Source: Thermoprotei archaeon (GTDB lineage Archaea; Thermoproteota; Thermoprotei; Thermoproteales; B15-G16). From it: DNA of 64,000 bases. The notes beneath the pieces were generated by a model. That model saw only the letters and a program-made list of their open reading frames with translations, ran no database searches and had not been told where the DNA came from. Location of the stretch: positions 96,001 to 160,000 of the forward strand of contig QMRC01000001.1 in assembly GCA_003649205.1 (NCBI GenBank). Direction: 5' to 3'. The stretch's first letter is position 1. Each line of letters begins with the position of its first letter. Positions 1 to 9,663 of this stretch are shown here, one piece after another. The translations under genes were made by a program, and so were the position numbers.

Positions 1-155
1 TTTTCAAGTCGTTTTCAGTTACAGGGACTTTCAGGACTTTTACAATCACGCTTTCTACGTGGTTACACTGATTGTTTCCTCTGAGGTAAAATTTATGAAA
101 GGTATTTGGCTAGAGCATATAAGAGGTCTAAGGAGTTCGGGGTTAGGTGATCGGT

Positions 156-1409
156 ATGAGCAAACAGACGTTGCCTGTGTGTATCATAGGTACAGGGGGT
201 CACGTAGACCACGGTAAGACTACGTTGGTTCAGGCGTTGTCTGGTGTTTGGACTGCTCGTCATAGTGAGGAGCTTAAGCGTGGTCTCACTATGAAGCTTG
301 GTTATGCCTACATTACTATCTATAAATGTCCTAGGTGTCCTCCTCCTCAGTGTTACCTCACTCACGTTATGTTGAGGGATGGTAGGTGTCCTCACTGTGG
401 TTCTGAGGTTGAGTTTGTGAGGAAGATATCTGTAGTCGATGTTCCTGGTCACGAGACGTTGATGGCTACTATGATTGCTGGTGCAACTCTCATGGATGGT
501 GTGCTCTTTGTCATAGATGCGACCGTACCCTGTCCACAGCCACAGACATACGAGCACTTCATGGCTTTAACCATAATGGGTGTTAGGAACATTGTGATTG
601 TTCAGAATAAGATCGATGTTGTTGCTGATAGGGATAAGTTGCTTAAGCACTATCAGCAGATTAAGAAGTTTATTGAGGGTACTTGGGCTGAAGATGCACC
701 TATAATACCTGCATCAGCGCTTCACAAGGTGAATGTAGATGCTGTTGTTGAGGCTATTGAGGAGAGGATTCCGACTCCGAAGAGGGATGAGTCTAAACCA
801 CCGAGATTCCTCATTGCTAGGTCCTTCAACGTGAATAAGCCAGGTACACCACCAGAGAATCTTCAGGGTGGTGTCATTGGTGGTTGCTTGATTCAGGGTA
901 AGCTCAGAGTTGGTGATGAGATAGAGATTAGGCCAGGTATAAGGGTTGTTGAGCATGGTAAGGTCAGGTATGAGCCGTTGTACGCTAAGGTGCTGAGCAT
1001 CAAGGTTGAGGATATGTTCGTTGAGGAGGTTGGTCCAGGTACTCTCGTCGGTATCGGTACTGATCTTGATCCAGCACTGACCAGGGCTGATGCTCTTATC
1101 GGTAATGTAGCTGGTAAGGTGGGTACTCTACCACCTACGAGATTTAGTCTTAGGTTGGAGACTCACTTACTGGAGAGGGTTGTTGGTTTGAGGGAGTTGC
1201 CTAAGGTTGAGAGGATTAGGAAGGGTGAGGTGCTGATGCTTGTTGCTGGTACAGCGACTACTCTAGGCGTTGTGAGGAGTGTCATGGGTGATGAAATCTA
1301 TGTAGATCTCCGTAGACCTGTGTGTATTGAGACTGGTGCTAAGGTTGTGATCAATAGGCAGATTGCTGGTAGGTGGAGGTTAATTGGGTACGGTATCGTC
1401 AAGGACTAG
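156..1409 (+). CDS. eif2g: translation initiation factor aIF2 gamma subunit
   Basis: GHVDHGKTT, DVPGHE and QNKID GTPase motifs, Zn knuckle, C-terminal RWRLIGYG; ATG156 follows AGGTGA. Confidence 0.97.
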   Translation: MSKQTLPVCIIGTGGHVDHGKTTLVQALSGVWTARHSEELKRGLTMKLGYAYITIYKCPRCPPPQCYLTHVMLRDGRCPHCGSEVEFVRKISVVDVPGHETLMATMIAGATLMDGVLFVIDATVPCPQPQTYEHFMALTIMGVRNIVIVQNKIDVVADRDKLLKHYQQIKKFIEGTWAEDAPIIPASALHKVNVDAVVEAIEERIPTPKRDESKPPRFLIARSFNVNKPGTPPENLQGGVIGGCLIQGKLRVGDEIEIRPGIRVVEHGKVRYEPLYAKVLSIKVEDMFVEEVGPGTLVGIGTDLDPALTRADALIGNVAGKVGTLPPTRFSLRLETHLLERVVGLRELPKVERIRKGEVLMLVAGTATTLGVVRSVMGDEIYVDLRRPVCIETGAKVVINRQIAGRWRLIGYGIVKD

Positions 1410-1824
1410 TCACAGGTACTTTATTGTACTCGACACCAACATGGTTATGCTGGCTGTTGCTGAGGGTATTGACGTATTTGATGAGTTTGAGAGAGTTCTA
1501 GAGGTACCTCATGAGTACGTGATATTGAGATCAAGTATTGATGAGCTTGAGAGATTGATTAGAGAGAAGGGTCCTAAGGTTAGGAGACAAGCATTGCTAG
1601 CTCTGGAGATTGCTAAGTCTAGGTGTAAGGTGATTGATGACTCGTCGATACCTGGCTCTGGTGTTGATGAGAAGATAGTTAACTTCGCCCTAGCTAACAA
1701 GGGGAGAGTTGTCGTTGCTACAAATGATACTAGGTTGAGGAAGAGGTTGAGAGAGTTGTCAATACCTACAGTGTACTTCAGAGCTGAGAGGAGAGGTCTT
1801 GAGATAGATACTGAGTTGTACTAG
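1384..1824 (+). CDS. PIN-domain protein (Fcf1/DUF188-like)
   Basis: VLDTN...VDE...VATND PIN motifs; conserved position after aIF2-gamma. Confidence 0.88.
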   Translation: MGTVSSRTSHRYFIVLDTNMVMLAVAEGIDVFDEFERVLEVPHEYVILRSSIDELERLIREKGPKVRRQALLALEIAKSRCKVIDDSSIPGSGVDEKIVNFALANKGRVVVATNDTRLRKRLRELSIPTVYFRAERRGLEIDTELY

Positions 1825-1879
1825 AAGGTAGAAAAGTACAATAAGTGAGTTCTCTGTGGTATGTTGCTTGGTGAAGTAG

Positions 1880-2455
1880 ATGTTTAGGTTAGTCACAATC
1901 GAGGACTTTGTTAGGATTCCACCTGAGAGGTTTAAGGAGCCCCTTGAGAAGGTTGCTAAAGAAATCATTAGAAGTGAGTACGAGGGTAAGGCAATTAAGG
2001 ATCTAGGTATCGTAGTCGCTATCATAAACATCAAGGTATCTAAGGTAGGTAAGGTAGTACCAACTGATGGTGCTAGCTACCACAAGGTAGTGTTCGATGC
2101 TCTTGTCTTCTATCCTCAGCTTCAGGAAGTTATTGAGGGTGAAGTAGTTGGTGTCGTACCTTATGGCGCATTTGTGAGGATTGGTCCTATAGATGCTCTT
2201 CTCCACATATCGCAGATAGGTGATGATAGGTTTAGGAATGATCCACGTAGGGAAGCACTAATTGGAGAGAAGACACAGTATGTTCTAGGTAAGGGTGATA
2301 GAGTAAGAGCTAGAATAGTCTCAGTTAGTATGCCAGGTCCATCACCGAGACCAGAACCGATAAGAGTTGGTTTAACCATGAGACAACCCTTCCTAGGAAA
2401 GCTTGAGTGGATTGAGGAGGAACTGCGTAAACTAAAGGCCAGAGCAAGGTCATGA
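1880..2455 (+). CDS. rpoE1: DNA-directed RNA polymerase subunit E' (Rpo7)
   Basis: VRIPP N-terminus, S1 domain GAFVRIGPIDALLHISQI, GLTMRQPFLGK. Confidence 0.97.
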   Translation: MFRLVTIEDFVRIPPERFKEPLEKVAKEIIRSEYEGKAIKDLGIVVAIINIKVSKVGKVVPTDGASYHKVVFDALVFYPQLQEVIEGEVVGVVPYGAFVRIGPIDALLHISQIGDDRFRNDPRREALIGEKTQYVLGKGDRVRARIVSVSMPGPSPRPEPIRVGLTMRQPFLGKLEWIEEELRKLKARARS

Positions 2456-2670
2456 CGTATCCCACCATACTAGAGTGGAAGTAAAGTTATTAATACAGTC
2501 TTGAGAAGCTACATAACGATCATGAAGTAGAGCCAGTTACCGAGTATAGTAATGAACTCTCTGTAGTTCTTAGGTAATTAGCAGCAATACGTTGTAGAAG
2601 ACCATTACCGCAACAATTTAACCCCGTTCTACTTGTTTCGTGTGAGTATTCTCGTCTCTGAGGTGATTAG

Positions 2671-2889
2671 GTGGCTGGTAGAAGGAGGATCCCACTCTCT
2701 GGCTACAAGGCTTGTAGGAACTGTAAGTTCATTGTGCCTAGTGATGTGACTAAGTGTCCAAACTGTGGTTCAAGTGATTTTAGTGATGATTGGTCTGGAT
2801 TGATAATAATTTTAGATCCTCAGAATTCTCAAATTGCTCAGAAGCTTGGTATCACGAAGGAGGGTATGTACGCTATTAGGGTTAGGTAG
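2671..2889 (+). CDS. spt4: transcription elongation factor Spt4 (RpoE'')
   Basis: KACRNC...CPNCGS...SDDWSG...YAIRVR. Confidence 0.96.
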   Translation: MAGRRRIPLSGYKACRNCKFIVPSDVTKCPNCGSSDFSDDWSGLIIILDPQNSQIAQKLGITKEGMYAIRVR

Positions 2890-2892
2890 CGT

Positions 2893-3425
2893 ATGGTGTT
2901 TGAGCTTAGGTTAACTGATGAGCTTAGAGTTATCTTGAGGAAACCTCTTGGAATAGTGATCAGCGATGAAGCTCCATTCTCAATCAAGAAGGTCTATAGG
3001 TTAATTGTAGACCTAGACTCACCAATGCTCTGTACTGTCGGTGATGCTGTTACTGAAAATTTTTGAGGTATTCTCCTAGGAAACCTGATATCTGTGTCAT
3101 TGATCAAAGAATTAGGAGAATGAGTAAAGTAATTCGTGTTGAGCTACCTAGTCCTGTACTAAGTGTCATAAATAGACCAAGTACTATTAGTCAGCAATTA
3201 CTCAAAGCTCTCGATAGAGTTACTGAGATTGGTCACGGTACTGTGTTGATTCATGGTGAGGAGGATCTCGCTCTCATACCACTGGTACTGAGATTACCTA
3301 CCAGGTCCATTGCTTGTTATGGTGATCCTTTTGGTAATGCTCTAGTAGCTGTCATAGTTACAGACGTTGTTAAGCGAGCTTTCGGAAGGGCACTTAACAA
3401 AATGGTAAGAGTTAAAATGTCGTAG
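2893..3425 (+). CDS. DUF359 family GTP-dependent dephospho-CoA kinase, split by a -1 frameshift
   Basis: ATG2893 frame gives LRKPLG...TVGDAVTENF then TGA3064; the -1 frame continues LRYSPRKPDICVID...GEEDLA...YGDP; conserved position between spt4 and S24e. Confidence 0.85.
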
Positions 3426-3449
3426 TTCCCACACAGCAGTGGGGTCTAC

Positions 3450-3827
3450 ATGTCTCAACAGTCATCAACTATGATAGATCTAGGTGACGACATTAAGTTG
3501 GAGGTCATTAGGGAGAGGGATAATCCACTGATTGGTAGGAAGGAGATCACAGGTTACCTACATCACCACGCAAAGGGTACGCCTCAGAGGTATGAGGTTA
3601 GGAGGAGAATTGCTGAGATATTCAAGGTACCTCTAGAGGTCGTGTATGTGAGGAGCATACAGACTGAATTTGGTTGGGGTAGGAGCAAGATTGAGATCCA
3701 CATCTATAGAGATCCCAAGAGAGCTGAGGAAATCGAACCACTTCACATACGGCTCAAGAATCTTCCACCTGAAGAGAGAAAGGCTAAGTTACAGGAGTTG
3801 AGGAAGGCTAAGGAGAGTAGGAAGTAG
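3450..3827 (+). CDS. rps24e: 30S ribosomal protein S24e
   Basis: NPLIGRKEI, TPQR, TEFGWG motifs. Confidence 0.96.
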   Translation: MSQQSSTMIDLGDDIKLEVIRERDNPLIGRKEITGYLHHHAKGTPQRYEVRRRIAEIFKVPLEVVYVRSIQTEFGWGRSKIEIHIYRDPKRAEEIEPLHIRLKNLPPEERKAKLQELRKAKESRK

Positions 3828-3840
3828 GTAGGTGTTGTTT

Positions 3841-4038
3841 ATGGTGGCTCACGTACATAAGTGGTACGAGTACGACTACAAGACAGGGAAGATTAGGTTA
3901 CTTAGGAGGAAGTGTCCACGCTGTGGTTCAATAATGGCTTACCACAAGGTACCAGTACCGAGACATCACTGTGGTAAGTGTGGTTTCACCATATTTGAGA
4001 CTCAGGAGCAGGGGAGAGGTAGAGCTAGAGGTAGGTAA
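3841..4038 (+). CDS. rps27ae: 30S ribosomal protein S27ae
   Basis: KCPRCGSIMAYH...CGKCGFT zinc ribbon. Confidence 0.96.
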   Translation: MVAHVHKWYEYDYKTGKIRLLRRKCPRCGSIMAYHKVPVPRHHCGKCGFTIFETQEQGRGRARGR

Positions 4039-4048
4039 GTGCTAGCTC

Positions 4049-5041
4049 ATGAAGAGGAAGGTGACTGTACTCGGTATTGAATCAACAGCACACACCTTCG
4101 GTGTTGGTATAGCTACTTCAGAAGGCGAGATACTAGCTAACGTAAACTACGTGTACACATTTGAGAAGGGTATACACCCTAGAGAAGCTGCTGAACATCA
4201 CTCCTCAGTAGCGCATAAGGCAGTTAAAGAGGCTCTAGATAAGGCAGGTCTCTCGATTCACGAGATCGATGCTATAGCTATTGCTCTAGGTCCTGGTCTA
4301 GGTCCTTGCCTTAGAATAGGTGCAACAGTTGCCAGAGCACTTTCACTATACTTCAATAAGCCTCTAGTACCTGTTAATCACTGTGTTGCTCACATTGAGA
4401 TAGCTAGATTGACTACAGGTGCTGAAGATCCACTTGTAGTGTATGTCTCTGGTGGAAATACCATAGTATCAGCATTCGTAGATGGTAGGTACAGGGTCTT
4501 CGGTGAGACACTAGACATAGCGCTGGGTAACTGCATAGATGCATTTGCTAGAGAGGTAGGTTTACCACAACCAGGTGTTCCTAATGTTGAGAAGATGGCT
4601 GAGAGAGGTAGTAAGTACATTCCACTACCGTACGTGGTTAAGGGTCAGGACCTATCGTTCTCAGGTCTACTGACTATGGCTCTTAGGAAGGTTAGAGAAG
4701 GTGAGAGACTTGAGGATGTCTGTTTTAGCTTGATAGAGACCGCGTACTCCATGCTTGCTGAGGTAGCTGAGAGAGCACTAGCTCACACAAAGAAGAAGCA
4801 ACTAGTACTGACTGGTGGCGTTGCCCGTAGTAGGAGGTTACAGGAAATGCTGAGAGAGGTTGCTGCAGAACACGGTGCTGAGTTCCACGTAGTACCTCCA
4901 GAGTACGCTGGTGACAACGGTGCTATGATAGCTTGGTGCGGCGTCCTAGCGTACATACACGGTGTCACAATTCCTGTTGAGGAGAGTTGCATTAGACAGA
5001 GATGGAGATTAGATGAAGTGGATATCCCATGGAGGAGGTAG
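4049..5041 (+). CDS. kae1: KEOPS t6A synthase Kae1
   Basis: LGIESTAHT, HCVAHIE, VSGGNT, DNGAMIA. Confidence 0.97.
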   Translation: MKRKVTVLGIESTAHTFGVGIATSEGEILANVNYVYTFEKGIHPREAAEHHSSVAHKAVKEALDKAGLSIHEIDAIAIALGPGLGPCLRIGATVARALSLYFNKPLVPVNHCVAHIEIARLTTGAEDPLVVYVSGGNTIVSAFVDGRYRVFGETLDIALGNCIDAFAREVGLPQPGVPNVEKMAERGSKYIPLPYVVKGQDLSFSGLLTMALRKVREGERLEDVCFSLIETAYSMLAEVAERALAHTKKKQLVLTGGVARSRRLQEMLREVAAEHGAEFHVVPPEYAGDNGAMIAWCGVLAYIHGVTIPVEESCIRQRWRLDEVDIPWRR

Positions 5042-5717
5042 TGTCGTGATCCTTGAAGTCATTGCGAAAGGGGCTGAAGCAACTCTCTACAAAGAGCTGT
5101 GGAATGACATTGTTGTTGTTCGTAAGCAGAGATTACCGAAGAAGTACAGACATCCTCAACTCGATAACTACATTAGAAGAACGAGAACAGTAACGGAGGC
5201 TAAGTTAATGTTTGAGGCTAGGAAACTAGGTGTACCAACACCTACCATATACGATGTCGACATCGATAACTGCATAATTAGGATGGAGTACATTACAGGT
5301 ACTAGATTGAGAGAGTACATGGACGACATAATTCACAGCAGTAAATACGAAGTACTAACGAAGATCTTCGAGACACTCGGCATCTACGCAGGTAGACTAC
5401 ATACCAACGGAATAGCACATGGAGATCTAACGACATCAAACGTGATAGTTAGTGACAGTACTCTCGTACTGATAGACTTCGGATTAGGAACATACGCAAA
5501 GGACCTTGAATCACATGGAGTGGATATACACCTCCTACTTAGATCACTAGAGAGTACACACTACTCAATAGCGAGTATCTGCTTCAAACACTTCATTAAG
5601 GGCTACAGTAGGGAAGTAGGTGAGGAATACGCTAATAAAGTAGTTGAGAGAGTCCACGAAATAAGAGCTAGGGCTAGGTATGTTGAGGAAAGAATTAGGA
5701 AAAGGGACTTTATCTAG
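5013..5717 (+). CDS. bud32: KEOPS kinase Bud32 (true start probably about 5043)
   Basis: KGAEA, YRHPQLD, HGDLTTSN, IDFGL; follows kae1. Confidence 0.95.
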   Translation: MKWISHGGGSVVILEVIAKGAEATLYKELWNDIVVVRKQRLPKKYRHPQLDNYIRRTRTVTEAKLMFEARKLGVPTPTIYDVDIDNCIIRMEYITGTRLREYMDDIIHSSKYEVLTKIFETLGIYAGRLHTNGIAHGDLTTSNVIVSDSTLVLIDFGLGTYAKDLESHGVDIHLLLRSLESTHYSIASICFKHFIKGYSREVGEEYANKVVERVHEIRARARYVEERIRKRDFI

Positions 5718-6288
5718 GATATACCTCATAACGAGCAATAGGCACAAGGTGGAGGAAGCAAACATAGCGCTGAAACCATTCGGTATCGAGGTAAAGCAGC
5801 TACACATTAAGAGACTTGAGATACAGTCAGATGACCTAGTTGAGATAGCTATATTTTCGCTAAGGGAAGTCATTAATCTAGTTAATGAGAGACCACTAGT
5901 TGTTGAGGATGCAGGCCTCTTCATACCAGCACTGAAGGGGTTTCCAGGACCATACAGCTCGTTTGTGTACAAGACAATTGGTTGTCAAGGAATACTGAAG
6001 TTAATGGAGGGTGTTGAGGATAGGAGAGCATACTTCAAGTCAGTGGTTGTGTACTATGACGATGATGTTGGTATGAAGGTCTTTGAAGGGACTGTATGGG
6101 GTAAGATAGCGACTGAGGTTAGGGGTACTCAGGGATTTGGCTTTGACCCTATATTCATACCTGAGGGAAGTACTAGGACCTTTGCTGAGATGGGTCCTGA
6201 AGAGAAGACTAAGTACTCACATAGGGGTAGAGCATTCAGGGCACTAGGTTACTGGATAAGGAATATATTGGAGCAGCAGAGTAAGTAA
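5680..6288 (+). CDS. rdgB: non-canonical purine NTP pyrophosphatase (Ham1/RdgB)
   Basis: TSNRHK, EDAGL, GFPGPYS, GFGFDPIF, SHRGRA. Confidence 0.96.
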   Translation: MLRKELGKGTLSRIYLITSNRHKVEEANIALKPFGIEVKQLHIKRLEIQSDDLVEIAIFSLREVINLVNERPLVVEDAGLFIPALKGFPGPYSSFVYKTIGCQGILKLMEGVEDRRAYFKSVVVYYDDDVGMKVFEGTVWGKIATEVRGTQGFGFDPIFIPEGSTRTFAEMGPEEKTKYSHRGRAFRALGYWIRNILEQQSK

Positions 6289-6293
6289 CCTAC

Positions 6294-6697
6294 CTACACC
6301 TTTAGGAGTTCTGTAAATTGAGCTAAGCTTGGTGATTTCCGCATAGCTTGCTCCAGAGGAACTCCGTGGTGTTGTAATAGCTCTCTAACAGCTTTATAGC
6401 TCTTGACGTATCTTCGTCCATACTTACCTGGAGATGGTGATCAAGGTATTGCTCTGGATCTTCTCGTAGTGAATCAGGATTCTTATGGAGGCAGAGTAGA
6501 GCCAGGATCCACGACTCTATCTTGGGATTTGCAGTAAGAATGAGGGCTCTAGAGTGTTGTCTCAGTTGATTCAGGTAACTGGGATTACCTTCAACATCCC
6601 TCAGATCTCTTAACACAATAACCTTCTCAGCATTTGCTTTATCTGTAGCTCCTTCAACTAGCACTAAGATCATCCATTGATCCCTACGGTGTACCAC
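6294..6697 (-). pseudogene. DUF4276/TOPRIM-like partner of ABC ATPase, frameshifted
   Basis: ILVLVEGATD and VIVLRD, IESWIL; alternative frame supplies KYGRRYVKSY...KSPSLAQFTELLKV* ending at 6294; N-terminal part looks shortened. Confidence 0.65.
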
Positions 6698-7850
6698 CTA
6701 GTTCTCCTGAATACCAAACCTCACCGAGTGGAATACCTTCAGTTAGCAACTTCCTCACTCTCTCCAGTAGCTTTGGATCATTATCTACTCTACGAACTTT
6801 CGTCTCGCCATTGATCTTCTCCACAATCACTAGCTCTTCAGGATTAAGTAAGTCAAGTACGTATGGTGAATGTGTCGTGAATATAACCTGACACGGAGCT
6901 TTTCTAAAGAGATCAATTAGTGTTCTATAGAGCCATGGATGTACACAGTTCTCTGGCTCCTCAAATACTACAACCTGCTTACCCAGGTATAGAGCTATTA
7001 TGAATGCTAGGAGCCTAAGTGTTCCATCAGATACTAGTTCTGGCGGAATCAAGTCACCAATGCTCTTATCTCGAAAAGCTATGTACACGTTCTTATTGTG
7101 TACAGGTGTGGCAAGTTCATCTACTTCAGGTATAAGACTTTGAAGTACCTTCTCTATCTCGAGGAACTTCCTCCTATTTGTTGTAAGTAATGTGTGAAGA
7201 ACTGAAGCTAAATTTGAACCATCATACGAGAGTTCGGTTATGTGAGTTAGTTCACAACCACTTCGTATGCTTTCTGGGGAAAAGTGATGTACTGTGAGAC
7301 ATCTCCTAAGTAGAGGTACCATATCAACTACTCTGCTCTCAAGTCCCCTCCTAGCTTTAGTTACTACCGAGAGACTGTCTAGTATTTGGGGATAGTCGAT
7401 AGTGAATGTAGTGCTTTGAGTGATTTCACTTGGTGTATAAATTGTGAGAGTACCTGAGCTGTCTCCTACTAGGCGGAATTCAGCCACAACCTGACCATTC
7501 AATTTAAGTACTTCATGTTCTACTACTTCTCTATCACATCTAAATGAGAGCTCGTACGTAAGTTTCATACATTCATTTGCTTCTACTTTCGCTGTAAAAC
7601 CGAGAGTTATTGGTCTTGTTGTGTCGAACTTGAAAGGTAGTTTAGTACTTGTCTCAACGAGTTCCGTGATAGCATCTCTAATGCCCTTTCCTTCGAGTAA
7701 TAACTTGAGTAGGTACATTGCTTTAACTATGTTGCTTTTACCTGATGCATGTGATCCTACTAATGCTGTTAACTTAGTTCGAAACCTCAATGATACATCT
7801 CTTAATGACAGTATGTTTCTTGCATGGAATTCAGTAATCATTAACTTCAC
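6684..7850 (-). CDS. ABC/AAA_21-type ATPase (OLD/AbiEii-like)
   Basis: Walker A GSHASGKSN, signature SDGTLR, Walker B VVFEEPEN, TTHSP H-loop; no TM segments. Confidence 0.88.
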   Translation of the reverse strand: MKLMITEFHARNILSLRDVSLRFRTKLTALVGSHASGKSNIVKAMYLLKLLLEGKGIRDAITELVETSTKLPFKFDTTRPITLGFTAKVEANECMKLTYELSFRCDREVVEHEVLKLNGQVVAEFRLVGDSSGTLTIYTPSEITQSTTFTIDYPQILDSLSVVTKARRGLESRVVDMVPLLRRCLTVHHFSPESIRSGCELTHITELSYDGSNLASVLHTLLTTNRRKFLEIEKVLQSLIPEVDELATPVHNKNVYIAFRDKSIGDLIPPELVSDGTLRLLAFIIALYLGKQVVVFEEPENCVHPWLYRTLIDLFRKAPCQVIFTTHSPYVLDLLNPEELVIVEKINGETKVRRVDNDPKLLERVRKLLTEGIPLGEVWYSGELGGTP

Positions 7851-7948
7851 GAATTACCCCTCAGGTATACTACCATAGTCGTCACCTAATATCGGTACTG
7901 AGTTAAATCTCAAAGCCAATGGAGCAAGGTAATGGGTTGTTAGCGTAA

Positions 7949-8482
7949 TTGAGGAAAGAATTAGAGTATAGTACGGGTACAGTGTATGGGTTTGAGATGT
8001 TGGGTTTAAGTCATGAATTTGTGATTACAAAGCTCAAGGAAGCAGTCAACAAACTAGTCGAGAAGTATAGTGATAAAATCATTGCAGTTGGTCTCTTTGG
8101 TAGTTATGCAAGAGGAGAAGCAAATGAGAGAAGTGATGTTGATGTAATTGTGGTTGTGAGGAATTGGAATAGAGGTCTTGAAAGGAGATTCCAAATATAC
8201 GATGTACTTCATAGGTACTTACGGAGAGACATAACACTGATCGATCTCGATTACCAGGATATTGAGGAAATCTTAGCGAGAAGAAGAACGATAACCACAA
8301 CGATGCTGAACATCATTTACGACTGCATACCAGTGTACGACCCACTAAATATCTTGAAACAACTTAAGGAACTAGTTAGCAAGGTAATTTCAGAGCTAGG
8401 TCTTGAGAGGTACAGAGTAGGTAGAGCATATGGTTGGAAAAGGAGGGATGGAAATCCCCTCGTACCGATTAAATTAGAGTGA
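7949..8482 (+). CDS. minimal nucleotidyltransferase (MNT antitoxin)
   Basis: LFGSYARGE...SDVDVIVV. Confidence 0.88.
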   Translation: MRKELEYSTGTVYGFEMLGLSHEFVITKLKEAVNKLVEKYSDKIIAVGLFGSYARGEANERSDVDVIVVVRNWNRGLERRFQIYDVLHRYLRRDITLIDLDYQDIEEILARRRTITTTMLNIIYDCIPVYDPLNILKQLKELVSKVISELGLERYRVGRAYGWKRRDGNPLVPIKLE

Positions 8483-8491
8483 GGAGAGTAG

Positions 8492-8922
8492 ATGTACGAT
8501 CCACGTAGTGAGGTTAACTACAGGAGGAAGTTAGCTGAGGATACCTCAAGGAAGCTAAGAGAGCTTACGATCGAGATGATTGGAGAGATACTGTTGCCAA
8601 TGCTCAGCTAGCAGCAGAGAACGCAGCAAAAGCAATAATTGCGATATACAGGGCACCATCCTGGACACATGATCCATACTACGAACTACTAGATATCTTA
8701 GATAACCTACCGGAAGATGTGAGAGAAGGAGCAAAGGAAGTAGCGGAAATAGCACATACACTAGCTCCAGAACATGGAAGGACAACATATGGAGAACCAG
8801 CAAGGGGTTTAACCCCATAGGAACTCTACACAAGAGAAGATGCAGAAAAGGCTCTAAAACTAGCTCAAAAAGCAATTGAGAATCTAGATCGGATACTAAA
8901 GCGATTGGGTATAGAGATGTGA
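8492..8922 (+). pseudogene. HEPN-domain protein, frameshift plus nonsense codon
   Basis: MYDPRSEVNYRRKLAE / frameshift near 8540 / YLKEAKRAY...AQLAAENAAKAII...WTHDP...HGRTTYG...LTP-TAG(8818)-ELYTREDAEKAL. Confidence 0.85.
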
Positions 8923-9195
8923 ACCTAAACTCAGAAATGTTGGTAGGAGCCTGTACATCAGTGATCTCAAGGAGAAGTACTATAATGTTAGCTCGTACTG
9001 AATTTCGTGAGTATGGCCCTATAGTCATGCTCAGTTTTGCATTGCCGTTCTCTACAATGTTCACAATGTTTGTTAGTTAGCTAAGTGTATTCGTGAAGAT
9101 GGTATGCCTTAGTTCTGCTGATTATGATTAAGTGAGAAAGGTTTTTGAAACTCTTTGGTTTGGGGTAGCGGGGTTGTGTTGGGAGGTGTTGTTTA

Positions 9196-9648
9196 GTGCC
9201 TCATCGTAGTAGGCATAAGAAGGGTTCGTCAGGGTCTAAGAGACCTGCTAGAAAAACTCCACCACCATGGTGTAAGTACAGTCCTGAGGAAGTTGAGAAT
9301 CTAGTTGTTGAACTTGCTAGGAAAGGCTATGGTCCATCGATGATTGGTATAATTCTCAGGGATCAGTACGGTATTCCACTTGTTAAGCAAATTACTGGTA
9401 AGTCTATTACACAGATTCTAGAGGAGCATGGTCTTGCACCACAGATTCCTGAAGATCTCCAGGCACTAATTAAGAGAGCTATTAGGATTAGGAGGCATCT
9501 CGAGGAACATCCTAAGGATATGAGTGCTAAGCGTGGTCTAATTCTTGTTGAGTCGAAGATTCATAGGTTGGTGAAGTACTATAAGCGTGTTGGTAAGTTA
9601 CCACCAGATTGGGAGTATAGACCAGAGAAGATCAGTATATTTGGTTAA
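9196..9648 (+). CDS. rps15: 30S ribosomal protein S15 (uS15)
   Basis: [29 protein letters not shown]. Confidence 0.97.
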   Translation: MPHRSRHKKGSSGSKRPARKTPPPWCKYSPEEVENLVVELARKGYGPSMIGIILRDQYGIPLVKQITGKSITQILEEHGLAPQIPEDLQALIKRAIRIRRHLEEHPKDMSAKRGLILVESKIHRLVKYYKRVGKLPPDWEYRPEKISIFG

Positions 9649-9663
9649 GTGGGTTGTTGAGTA

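Noticed and set aside
8555-9064. 169-aa minus-strand ORF
   Set aside because: Antisense shadow of the HEPN pseudogene; no motifs.
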